Shown piece after piece: positions 38,425 to 49,330 of a stretch of DNA of 64,000 nt. The translations under genes and the position numbers were made by a program. This DNA is from Phoronis australis (taxonomy: Eukaryota > Animalia > Phoronida). The first letter of the stretch is position 1; every line of letters starts with the position of its first letter. The stretch covers positions 478,531 to 542,530 of the forward strand of contig NMRA01000130.1 in the NCBI GenBank assembly GCA_002633005.1, read 5' to 3'. The notes beneath the pieces are model-generated. The model had not been told where the DNA came from, searched no databases, and saw nothing but the letters and a program-made list of their open reading frames with translations.

Positions 38425-38675
38425 CTGGAAACGACGAGCTTAATTTGTATACGACGAGTGTAATTCGTACAGAGCAAGCTCAATAAGTAAACAACAGGCT
38501 TCATACATAAACAACAAGCTCAATCAATAAACAACATTTTAATATACGAAGCACCACTGTGACAAGTGTTGAGCTGAACTCACATTAATACAACATCAGT
38601 ACCCAGAGATAATCACTTACAAGGACTAATGACTATATTTAATGGAGATTGTGCCAGAGAGTCGTGCCAACCTAC

Positions 38676-38814
38676 CATGTTCCGGTAGCTGACGCTCAGT
38701 TGTCCAGTAGCCGAGTGGTACTCCATTGTCCCTTTGTTGTTAAGAATCTCGCCACTACTCTCCGACTTAAGATTACTTTTCTCACTCTTGAGCAGGGCTC
38801 GCGCCTGGTATTCA
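38676..38814 (-). CDS. STAT5: STAT coding exon 9 ([10 protein letters not shown]...[27 protein letters not shown])
   Basis: Conserved SGEILNN...MEYH; ttgttgtAG acceptor, ATG|GTAGGT donor; 139 nt. Confidence 0.95.
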
Positions 38815-39899
38815 CTACAACAAGAACAGGGCAGCTGAGAAAGGAGTCATGCAAATGTAATGCAGGGGCAAGAAGGAAGCTTATTGCACGAACGAGGTTT
38901 GTCAACACAAAGCTGAAAGATTCTCTTAAAGGGACACAATTGGTTTCACAATTGAGAAACGCACTGGCTAGACAGGATAGAGTTTTTGAAGTTGTTAGAG
39001 CTATAAAACAACAAAATTCATTATGTTTTTGTGATTTTAATACAAATCGCCGATTTTCACAGGCTGCCAGTCATTCGGTGAATTTGAGACAGTGACTTTT
39101 GAGAGTTATTATTTATCAAGAAGGCTTTAGCTCTAACAAAAGTGCTGCACCGTGACTGCGAATCAGTCTTGGGTACAACACGTTTCTCCTTGATTGTGTC
39201 ACTGTAAAGACCAAACAAACTAGGACAGAAGATGCCGTTCATTCGGCCACGAATTGTCCAGACATTGCTTGCCCTGTCAACAAATTTCAACTACTCTGAA
39301 TCTTCTTCAGATTAGAGCACAAAAAGGCAGGATAGTGAAATTTTATTTTAAGAAACTTTTTAACAAAATCAAACAGCCGTGAAAAATCACTTTCATTGTT
39401 GGCAGTTGCAATTTGTATCATACAGCTGTAACCTACCAACAAGCAACAAAAATTATTTATACTATGGAAGCCAACACCTACTCTGAGAATTTTTAACAAT
39501 GCAGGATCTTTAGAACAATGGACCGAGGATGACCTAGGCAATTATTTCTCTCAAATTCAAAGAAATAGTAATGTGATTAATATTCTTCAGTTGACGACAT
39601 AAGCAACATTTGGTAAAACTTTGCGCAATAGTTGGATATAACGTGCCCATATTTTGAGAACCAGTTTGATGCCCGTTATTCAGTGGAGAAAACTGGTTTT
39701 CAAAATGCAGGCACGTTATATCTGACCATTACCAAATTTTGAGCATTTGCAGCATAGTAATACGCCTTTGAAAAAAAGAAAATGACAGTTTTAGCTATCA
39801 GTCGCAAACTGACGAACTTTCATTGTAGCTACTAATTGGTACACCAGACTTTGTCAACCTCTGATTCAATCCCAGTAACAATCCAACACCTGGTGTTAC

Positions 39900-40034
39900 C
39901 TGATAATAGAAGCGGTTACTTGTGGTGGGTTCATGTGTACGTTTAACTTGCCACCCACAAGCAGACGTACAGTGGCGGGAAACCTCGCTTCCTTCTTCAG
40001 CACCTGCGGAGGTTGTCGCTCTATGATGAATGTA
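39900..40034 (-). CDS. STAT5: STAT coding exon 8 ([14 protein letters not shown]...[23 protein letters not shown])
   Basis: Start of the DNA-binding domain, near-identical to STAT5; 135 nt. Confidence 0.97.
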
Positions 40035-40496
40035 CTGAAATTAGAAAAACTAACGTGTTGCAGGGAATTCGTAACATACGCCAACAGGCAACAAATAACC
40101 CTTGAATCAGTCCACAGTTTTGTATTACCATCAAAAGAGATCGGATACAGAATAAAGTAAAAAAAAAATAATAAAAGTGTTTGATGTTTCTACCCCTGTT
40201 GTCAATAAATCAGCTTAAATAAACTATTCCAGACTGAAAATAAAAAATAAGGGAATTTCTAGACAGACATTGTGACAGTAAGAAGTGAAAGTTCATTCAC
40301 ATAAAGGGAATTTCAGGGCCAAATACTTATCAGTAAGTGTCCTACTTTTTACTTTTCACCACATGGAGGGCTTACGTTACCTTTTCTCCAATGAAGACAT
40401 TATGGTACGGTGGTACTCAACTGTGGCACAAGATCTTGAGTTCCACGGGGCACGCTGATGGGCAGCTATGCACACAACAAATACCTTGGAACGAGA

Positions 40497-40998
40497 GAAG
40501 ACAGCATGCCCGTTATGGTGGTATTCACCTAAGGTAACTTACCTTGTGACCAGTGAAGACAGCATGCCCGTTATGGTGGTATTCACCTAAGGTAACTTAC
40601 CTTGTGACCAGTGAAGACAGCATGCCTGTTATGGTAGTATTCAGCTGAGGTAACTTACCTTGTGACCAGTGAAGACAACATTCCCGTTATGGTGGTATTC
40701 ACCTAAGGTAACTTACCTTGTGACCAGTGAAGACAGCATGCCCGTTATGGTGGTATTCACCTAAGGTAACTTATCTTGTGACCAGTGAAGACAGCATGCC
40801 TGTTATGGTGGTATTCAGATGAGGTAACTTACCTTGTGACCAGTGAAGACAGCATGCCCGTTATGGTGATATTCACCTCAGGTAACTTACCTTGTAACCA
40901 GTGAAGACAGCATGCCTGTTATGGTAGTATTCAGCTGAGGTAACTTACCTTGTGACCAGTGAAGACAGCATGCCTGTTATGGTGGTATTCAGCTGAGG
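40497..40998. repeat. 58-bp tandem array (about 8.7 units) containing the STAT exon 7 3' end plus its splice donor
   Basis: GGTAACTT starts at 40533, 40591, 40649, 40707, 40765, 40823, 40881 and 40939, an exact 58-bp spacing. Confidence 0.98.
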
Positions 40999-41110
40999 CA
41001 CCAAATCCACAGTATTGGGGGGCACGTCAATAGGCAGCTGCACACGCAGGAACTCTACTTTCTTGATCTGTTGGCGGTTTTGCCAGATGAGTTCAGCCAA
41101 GGCCTCACAC
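40949..41110 (-). CDS. STAT5: STAT coding exon 7 (CEALAELIWQNRQQIKK...GMLSSLVTS)
   Basis: Conserved CExLAELIWQNRQQI; AAG|GTAAGT donor; 162 nt. Its 3' end seeds the 58-bp array. Confidence 0.95.
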
Positions 41111-41287
41111 CTGCAGTTCACCAAGTGACCACAGTTAGCATTCGGTTCAATGAGGGCTTGATGCGCTTTATCAGAACATGGGGGCTTTACATTTCTCACA
41201 AGAATACATTTTCCAGGCGAAAAAAGACGACTCTGTGAAATTTGCTATAAGCTTTATAACTTCAACATGAACATGGGAAGAACGTGG

Positions 41288-41460
41288 CTCAGACTTCACA
41301 TCTTTCAGTTGAAGAAATGATCCAGAGTTGTGGAACTTAGCTCAGACTTCACATCGTTTGTTGAAGAAATGAGCTGAGTTGTAGAACTTAATTCTGGTGT
41401 CACGTCTTTCAGTTAAAGAAATGAGCCGAGTTGTGAAACTTAGCCGAGTCCTCACAGCAT
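41288..41460. repeat. Degenerate tandem repeat, about 53 bp x3
   Basis: CTCAGACTTCACATC..T.AGTTGAAGAAATGA...GAGTTGT.GAACTTA is repeated. Confidence 0.8.
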
Positions 41461-41740
41461 TCAGGAGAAGAAAATACAAAATGAAGACTTCCCAGATTAC
41501 ACAGGATAAACGCAAAGAAACAAGCCAAATAATTAACCAAAGATTCATATTGTTCACCTGAACAAATGAATGCACTTTGTAATACTCGATTTACGTGAAC
41601 AATTGAACTGTAGAAATTGTATAATTGCTACAGTGTTGCCAATCTCGTCTTTCACTATAATTCAAGTCCCATATTTAGAGTTTATAGTGGCGCAAAACCT
41701 CTCGAGGCCAAGCCAAACCCTACAGCTGGTATCAACTGAC

Positions 41741-41892
41741 CACTGCTGTAATGTCTCAAGGGTGCTTTCCAACACAGAGCCAGAGCCATACAGCTGCTGT
41801 TTTCGTTTCCAATCTATCAGTTCCTTGTCCAGTATCTCTGTCTGTAATGTGTTCAGCCGGCTTATCGTATCCTGATGACGTTCAGCCAATTT
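41741..41892 (-). CDS. STAT5: STAT coding exon 6 (KLAERHQ...ILDKELIDWKRKQQL...TLQQW)
   Basis: Conserved ELIDWKRKQQL; TG|GTCAGT donor; 152 nt. Confidence 0.95.
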
Positions 41893-42940
41893 CTGAAAGA
41901 ACCAGGAACACTCCACAGTCGGACAAAGCTCTGCTTAGCGAACCCACGGCAGCAGTATTACTAACACAGGCAAAATTTACAGCATGACGAAGTTATACTT
42001 CTCATTGGTTTACTCATCAAACAACTTTGAATAGTGGAAAATTAGGCCAAAGAAGCAAGTTTGGTTTTGGCCTATGCCGAACTCATTTTTAAAGCTGCGA
42101 AAAAAGAACGCCCACTCGCATAATTATTTGTCGAAAACTTTTTCTTTTTCCAAAAGATTCACAAATATATTAATCTTAACTTAGAACTAGCTGGTCAACT
42201 CTGCAATACTCACTTCCTTAAGGACTATGAAATAGTGAAATAGGAAGATTTTCTTCACAACAATATCAGAATGCTTATAAGCCGTAACAACCATTTCATG
42301 TCTCCTTCAGTAAAGAGCAGGAAAGTATGGACATTTTATCATCTTAATACATTTACTAAGCAAATCAACACTGCGTGAATTGTCTTTCCGTATCGCGCGC
42401 AAAAGCCTGGTCTGCAAAAAGCAGTTCACTTTCCACAGTTCAATCACCGGAGCGCATGAACCTACGCGCGTTGTCATGATTTTCCATCTTAGCAAGAGAG
42501 ACGTCTTTTTCAGTCATCCCCTACTCTAACAGTATTTGATTGCGCGAATTTTCAATAAATAAAACCAAACAGCCTGACGACCCTTGCTGTGTCTCAGCTG
42601 TGACAGAAGTCTTGTCAGACCTCGCATAATCTAAACTTTTTGGTCAATGTGAAGTGTCACATGTGTATAGCAAACGCAATGCATCCCCTTATTGTCCTAA
42701 ATGGCCTGAACAAGGCAAGCTCCATACAAATGATTAGATGTAAGCGAACTGAGTACTTTTTGGAGCTAAACCTCTGTTGAGCCGAGTGTGCACAAAAACA
42801 CAGGTGCTCCTAAAGAAGTCTCTGCCCTATAAATTGGGAGTGGGACGTAAACTAGGCATGGGTGAACAAAAATTGAATACTGATCATCGTCGACAAGCAA
42901 CACGATTTCCCAGTTCTCAGCGCCACCCTGTGGTAATCAC

Positions 42941-43074
42941 CTGTCTTCCCTGACGCAGTTCTTGAGCCTTCAGCTGCAGTTGCGTTTCCACCGACTGTTT
43001 CTGCTGGCGTAGATGCGCCTCCGCCTCTGTCTTCTGGCTGTTTGTTTGTTGTTGTTGTAGCTGGGCGATTTGGG
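42941..43074 (-). CDS. STAT5: STAT coding exon 5 (SQIAQLQQQQTN...LQLKAQELRQGRQ)
   Basis: tcttctcAG acceptor, CAG|GTGATT donor; phase 1 to 0; 134 nt. Confidence 0.88.
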
Positions 43075-43500
43075 CTGAGAAGAGGACACAACAACAGTAT
43101 AAACATCAGCAAAACAACATTCATGGCCACGTATCCCTCGATTTTGAGGCCGAATATCAGCCACATTCCGTTATGAAAAAATATTTTAAAATCATGCGCA
43201 ATTCCCCTCATCAGCTCATCAGGCCAAATAAGGTGATTCTCAGATTGAACATTAGGTGGAGAACCAAGTTACATCACCATCATGCTAACAGTGCACAAAA
43301 TAACCAGTTGAGTCTGGCCATCCTATTGGGCCTCGTCTCTACCAATGGCAAACCACTAGTTTTCCCGAAGCCTAGAAATCGCATCAGCTCAGCGTAAAGA
43401 ACAACGCGAGAACAGTTTTACAGACGCGTGCGATCTAAAAGTTATTGTTTTAACGAGAGGTGGGTACGGGGCAGCTTAAAGACGATAGCCTCATACTCAC

Positions 43501-43678
43501 AACTGATTCTAACGTTCTCCTGATACTGAATGATGAACTGCTCTTGTTTATGTTGCAGCTGCCTAAGCTCTGCTTCCGTCTGCTGTGTCATCCTATGAAT
43601 GGCGTCCAGCTCTATGTTGATCTGTCGCGTGTGGTCCATCTCCTCCAGTCGTTTGTAATCACCCGCGGCCATGTTGGG
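43501..43678 (-). CDS. STAT5: STAT coding exon 4 (PNMAAG...LRQLQHKQEQFIIQYQENVRIS)
   Basis: Coiled-coil with STAT5-like QEQFIIQYQE; T|GTGAGT donor; 178 nt. Confidence 0.93.
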
Positions 43679-44004
43679 CTGTTAAGAGATTCAAGTCAAT
43701 CATCAGAGCGAGTAAAAATGCAATTTTGTCTCGTAGATGTAGCAGTCGGTGATTGTTTACATTAAAGCTTTCTTAGCTAACAACTATCTGTTATCATTAA
43801 TTACAGGTAACAGACCGGGTCCTGGATTTTGAGAACCATTTTTCACCACTGAATAACGGGGGTAAAACTGGTTCTCGGAATAGCTTTTAGTATATCTTCG
43901 AAAAAAATTGTAACAATAAACACTTTCACATAAAAGTTATCTAGAACAGCACACTGCTCATACCACATTATCATAAATTATGCAGAAAAATGTGACACAC
44001 TAAC

Positions 44005-44094
44005 ATTTTCCACTTGCTGTACAAGATGTCGTTCTGTTGCCAGACACTTTTTCAGCACTCTGACCAAATTCAGAGCATTGCGGCCATACATTTC
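44005..44094 (-). CDS. STAT5: STAT coding exon 3 (EMYGRNALNLVRVLKKCLATERHLVQQVEN)
   Basis: End of N-domain; cttgcAG acceptor, AAT|GTTAGT donor; 90 nt. Confidence 0.92.
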
Positions 44095-44601
44095 CTGCAA
44101 GTGAAGATTTGAGAGAGATAACATGGCACACACACCAACACACAAAGACAGACAACAACCACTCATTGAAAACTAAACTTTTACGCGAAACCATATTTGT
44201 CCAACCAAATTATTCTGCTTGCTCCTACGCTCTTTAACAACATAAGTCTGTCGTCAAATTGTCAATCAACTCACTGGGTTGATATCTTTATACAAATGTA
44301 ATCTCTTTTCAGAAAATTTTCTCTTCAGGCCGAGACTATGCCACGAAAATCAAGTACCAACTGCTTCACGCCTCACATTCTCATGGATTTACATTTTAGA
44401 AAAAACGGTGTTTTCAACACATTTAAGCTTTATATTCCTGTATTCCTACAAAATGACCAGCATGGATCTTTAAGCGGATTGACAGACATCCAGCTATAGC
44501 GCCACCTGGTGAATGATATCTTACGCATTTCATCTGCTTCAATGTCTCAATTTCCACAATGCATTATACATCTCCCCATCATTAACAGGTCAAAACCCTA
44601 C

Positions 44602-44758
44602 CCCAAACTGCGAGCCGGTTTCTATCAGCTTCATTCTGATGACAAACATATCTTCCGAGGTGAGTTCATGCGCCTTTTCTTCAATGAGTTTAATAAGGGC
44701 ATGCAGCAACTGGTTGGCATACTGTTCATGAGCGGGGTTGTTCTCGTCCAGTTGGTCC
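44602..44758 (-). CDS. STAT5: STAT coding exon 2 (WDQLDENNP...EDMFVIRMKLIETGSQFG)
   Basis: N-domain; ttacAG acceptor, GGG|GTAGGG donor; 157 nt. Confidence 0.92.
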
Positions 44759-45524
44759 CTGTAACACAAAATTAAGTATTTAAAGCGTCCACAACCCCGT
44801 CATCTGTCACAAAAACGAACTTTCGATTTAGTCCTTTAAACATCATGAAACGGGTCTCAAAATTTTCCTTGGTCAAACTAGGTGACTTCTAGAGTTAGAA
44901 TGAGCCTACATTTTACTTTTGTTTGAGACCAGGCTCTACGAGCATAGTCACAAGCAATAACATTAACTATTCAAGCCCAGAAATCACTTCTCACCAGAAT
45001 TAGGTGGTCTAAATCAAAAGTTAGTTTCTTTCACGGAATGTGAATTATGGCTGCTTTAAATGCACTTTCAAATTCAAAGTTTCATGGTGTTTGAGTAACA
45101 CCCTTCAGACCCATCCATAATCCTGCTATAGGTGTGTACTGGCAAACTGCCAGGATGAAGGACTGTTACAGCATCTACCCAACATGACAACCAGGTAGAC
45201 ACCTATTGGCCATCGCAGGAATTAGCTGACTGAAGATGACAAGAAGATCATAGTCGCAGTTTCTCTTCAGAGAAATTTTGCCATCGCATTCTCACATTCT
45301 CTGCACAGATCTCATGCAGAACGTTTACCCAATGACTATATATCAATATGACTAAGGGTGCGTTCTGGAAGTGAACCTTCATCAATGAGATGCAGATACA
45401 GTATCTTCTTCTCGTTAGCAACGATATGCCAAAAATGCTCTATCTGTTCGGGTTGACACCCAGGGTATTTTAACAGAGAGATCAACACCCAAGTGCTAAG
45501 CGTAAGGCTAAACTATTTGTTTAA

Positions 45525-46430
45525 AGGCGAAGGCAACCTTTTTTCATTTCATTTTTAGCAAAAATAAGGTTCGTTGATTATCCCAGATATATTTTTATTT
45601 AATTACAGCTTTTTGTAACTTAAACAATTACTCGTCTTTTACTCCGGAAGTGTGTTTTGGGAGTCAAGTATTTCACGCCAATTTCTTTTCACATAGTCTG
45701 ACTGTGAGAGCTTCCGAGTCAGTCATCGTTCTACCTCTGTTGAGATTAGTTCGGTCGTCGTTTGCTTTTGTTTACGAGTCAGTCAACATGCCACACTGTT
45801 GCTGCATACCGAGATGTACTCATTATCGTCCAACGGACAGAGGAAGAATTGTCCCACTTGCCCTAGTGTCCCGCGATACACTCCCACTGGATGGTGACCT
45901 GAGCACACAAACTGCTTACATCTCGCCGTGTGACTCCCTCGCTTCATACCTGGCACCATCTAAATAACTCCAATACTTTAGACAAGTCCTCAATAAACTT
46001 ATCTAAGTTTGGCTCACCAATCTATTCATTGGATAACGAACTGTCCTCTTCACTGGATGTCGAACGGGACCTATATTCACTCCTTCTAATCAACATCGCA
46101 GCAGGGCTGCTTGCAGGCTCTGGGTGATAATGAGTACATCCCAGTATGCGCACCAACAGTGTGGCATGTTGACTGACTCGTAAACAAAAGCAAATGACGA
46201 ACGAACTTGTCACAAGCGAGCTATAACAATGACTGACTCGACAGCTCTCACAGCCACACTATATGAAAAGAAATTGGCCAAAATTCTTGCCTCCCAAAAT
46301 GTCACTTCCTGAGTAAAGGACGAATAATTAATTAAAGTACGAAAAGCTGCAATTAAGTGGAAAATATGCCTGGGATATCAGAGAACCTTATTTTTGCTAA
46401 AAATGACATGAAAAAAGATTGCCTTTCAAT
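45525..46430. mobile_element. Kolobok-like non-autonomous foldback element, TTAA TSD, about 300-bp inverted arms
   Basis: TTAA at 45521-45524 and 46431-46434. Arms about 45525-45825 and 46127-46430. THAP-like start ATGCCACACTGTTG in both arms. Central minus-strand fragment DKFIEDLSKVLELFRWCQV*...VTIQWECIAGH*GKW resembles Kolobok transposase. Confidence 0.75.
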
Positions 46431-48483
46431 TTAAATACAATACTAACATTTTATATAATGCTAACACATGGAAGGAAACAACCAAAAATACACAATGAAG
46501 AAGGATGTCCAAGGCCTAAGACCAGTAACTGCGGAAACTGAATTTGAATATTGACTAACTGCATGACCAGCTTTGAATAAAATTCCAAATTTCAAGTCTT
46601 GTGACCGGTCAGCTCTTTAGCCAAGTCTCCACTAAAATTCCACGGACATAAACGAAGGTTTGACAAGCGATGAAGATCGATATAAAAAGGCACCGTGGAA
46701 TAGGTTATAAGATTTTTATATTCTAAAAGGAAATTAAAGTCAGATGACTGTTGTAATCTTTGGACTGTGAGAAGTTAATGAGTATTAGACTTGAATGACA
46801 GTTGGATGTCCTAGGAAACCACAATTTATATAGAAATTATCTCAGGTTCAGAAAGATAGAAAAATGATAAACAAGACTTTTTATTCTAATCCCTCAGACG
46901 AATAGCAGAAATACAAGGATTAGGCCAGTTTTATGATAACACTGGCAATGAAAAAAGATAATTATGAATTTAATCCCCTGGTGAATAGTAGATAAAAACA
47001 AGCCAGTCACCAAACATAACGGCCTTTCATACCACCGACAACCCATCAACAACACGTGGATGATTTTGGGAGTATTGGTTGGAATGACCATTTGCCTCCC
47101 TCTAATTCAAAGTTTAATAGGTGGATTTAACAGCACAGCGTCGACGCTTCGATGTACTGTGAAAGTTTAGCTTTGATGTCATCCGAATTATCACCAGGTG
47201 TCGCCGTCAATAACAGCACGTGTTGTGTTATTATTTCACAATGTACCTGGCCATGACCCCCAATTTGTTGCAAAGAAGCTTGACTCCAGGTCGACACACC
47301 ATGATTGCTTATAACTTGGGCCTTATTGCTTAATCATATCTCATTTCAAATGTTGAAGTATATGCAGTGTATTGTTACAAAACTACATGACTGCAGAGGT
47401 GAACAACTGATCAAAATGAATGCCATACCAACAGCGTTAGCAATATCCTGGTTAATATGTTTGGTTAAGCTCATCAGTTTTGTTACGCGCGTAGGACTGC
47501 AACAGTTACCGGATATCACAGAACTGTTGTCCAGCGCTGCCATTCGGCTGTGCTCCTCAAATCGTTCTCTTTGGTTCCAACAGCGATAAGCGCCACTCAA
47601 TGGCCAGTATGTTTGCTAAACTGAAATTATGTTCCATTGACATAGAAAATAGGTAGTCATCATAACTTTTCCTAATAACCACCAAATGGGTTTAAACATT
47701 TTACATGACTTTAAGGTTATAAGAAACAGGATGGTAGATAACTAGGGTGGGGACATCATGTACGGTCATGGCGGCGTTTTTCCGTCCAGTGACTTTACCA
47801 GACGAAGAGGGTTGTGAGCGTGTGACAACATCTAGCACACTCTTTTGTCTGTTATGACAACAGGCAGGTTAATTGTCTACCAGACCACATGTGAACACAG
47901 TCAAACCCAGAGCAAATTGGTACAATCGGAAAGAATAGATTGTCGTAACTTCGGTTGCATTTGAGCAATTTTGGCAATTCAACAACTAAACATGATCACC
48001 ATTTGACGAGAATTTCAGAAATGCTATTGGTTTATGTTCAAATATGTTATATCTTTACTTTTCTCTTTAGCAGCACAGCCCAGTCAGGCTAGATATGATC
48101 TTACTGAAGATTAAAGCAATAATCGAACAAAAGAGAGCTGGCCCTCCAACCATAAATGCAAGAATGGACTTAACCAGTCGTGTAAGATATTGGTTACCTA
48201 ATTGGGGTGTTCTTCCCAACTTGTTGCTTGGCTATAGAATCGAACAAGTCGGGAGCAACGGGAAAACGCCGTAATGGTTGCATTGAGGATTTTAGACGGT
48301 CTTGCTAGAAATTGCTTAGCAAATACATAGTATACAGTGGCTGCTACTCAAGCACACTAGAGTAACCACCTCTATTAAGGCTCTGTTGTTTTCATTTTGG
48401 TGGATCCCTATAGCCTATGACTGTGAACATGCAACAAAAGATATTTCCAATACAGCCGATTGCATAAAACTATGACTTTTCAG

Positions 48484-49330
48484 GGATATACAGAAGCTGC
48501 CAGACAAAACAGGCTGATGAAATCTCAGAGTGGGTCAAAAGAAAGCGAGTTTGATTTGGAGCCCATGGATACTACAGTAACAGTAAGTACTTGTAAAAAT
48601 CTGCAACAAATTTCGCAATCGCATAAAATCTGTCAATTGTTTTGTGTTTCAATTTATGAAAAGAAATATAATGCACATCTAATGTATTTCACAATGAACG
48701 TTGACACACGGATAATTTAAATCCGTCTCATTATTTTCAACATGTAATGTGCCATACTTCTGTTTTACACCTTTGTCCTACTGTCAGGTACATAGAAATT
48801 CATTTTGTAATTTTTACAATCAAATCTGAATGTCTTATTTGTGATGCCTTCACTTTAGCTTGGTATTCATATTTTCTGAGCCAAAATGGCTACATTAAAT
48901 TTAAAATGTTTAATTTTTTCATTAATGCAATTTTAGGAATGAGGAAAGGCTTATGCTGAAGTGGCTTCTGTTGAAGTTGAAGACCTGCAAATTATTAGTA
49001 AAGGTTGGGTATGGAAAAGTTCAAAACCAGCAAAAATTTACCCTTAACCGTCAAAAAATTCCTTCTGGACAACTAAGTGAGGGGCCTAGAGAGAGAGGCT
49101 GAAAAGTCTACTCCCAGAAGATGAGTCAAAGAGAATTTGTAACTTGAGGAACGAGTCGGGGAAAAAGTATTTGCCAAAGATTACTGGCTTATACCACAAC
49201 AGGTCCAAAGTAATTTGTTGAGATAGGCTACTCTCAGCAAATGTGGGAAACTGTAACAGATGGATGAAGGAGATAAGACAGAGGAAGCGGAGTATGTACT
49301 GGAAAGAGGCAATCTGCGTCAAGGAAGTAG
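48484..49330 (+). pseudogene. Decayed DNA-transposon protein C-terminus (Sola3-like, tentative), antisense in STAT intron
   Basis: Across frameshifts it reads GWVWKSSKPAK..FTLTVKKFLLDN..GLER..K...NLRNESG.KVFAKDYWLIPQQVQS, matching a recalled motif GWALK...F...G...G.K...R...G...F....L..QQ..S.F.R. Has stops. An AG/GT-bounded segment lies at 48484-48582. Confidence 0.4.

Noticed and set aside
38649-39095. Plus-strand ORFs over STAT exons (also 31946-32332, 41570-41875, 43460-43765, 53969-54199)
   Set aside because: Antisense shadows of real minus-strand coding exons.
40497-40998. CRISPR-like regular array
   Set aside because: Units are contiguous with no unique spacers, no cas genes are present, and the unit is STAT exon/intron sequence in a eukaryotic locus.
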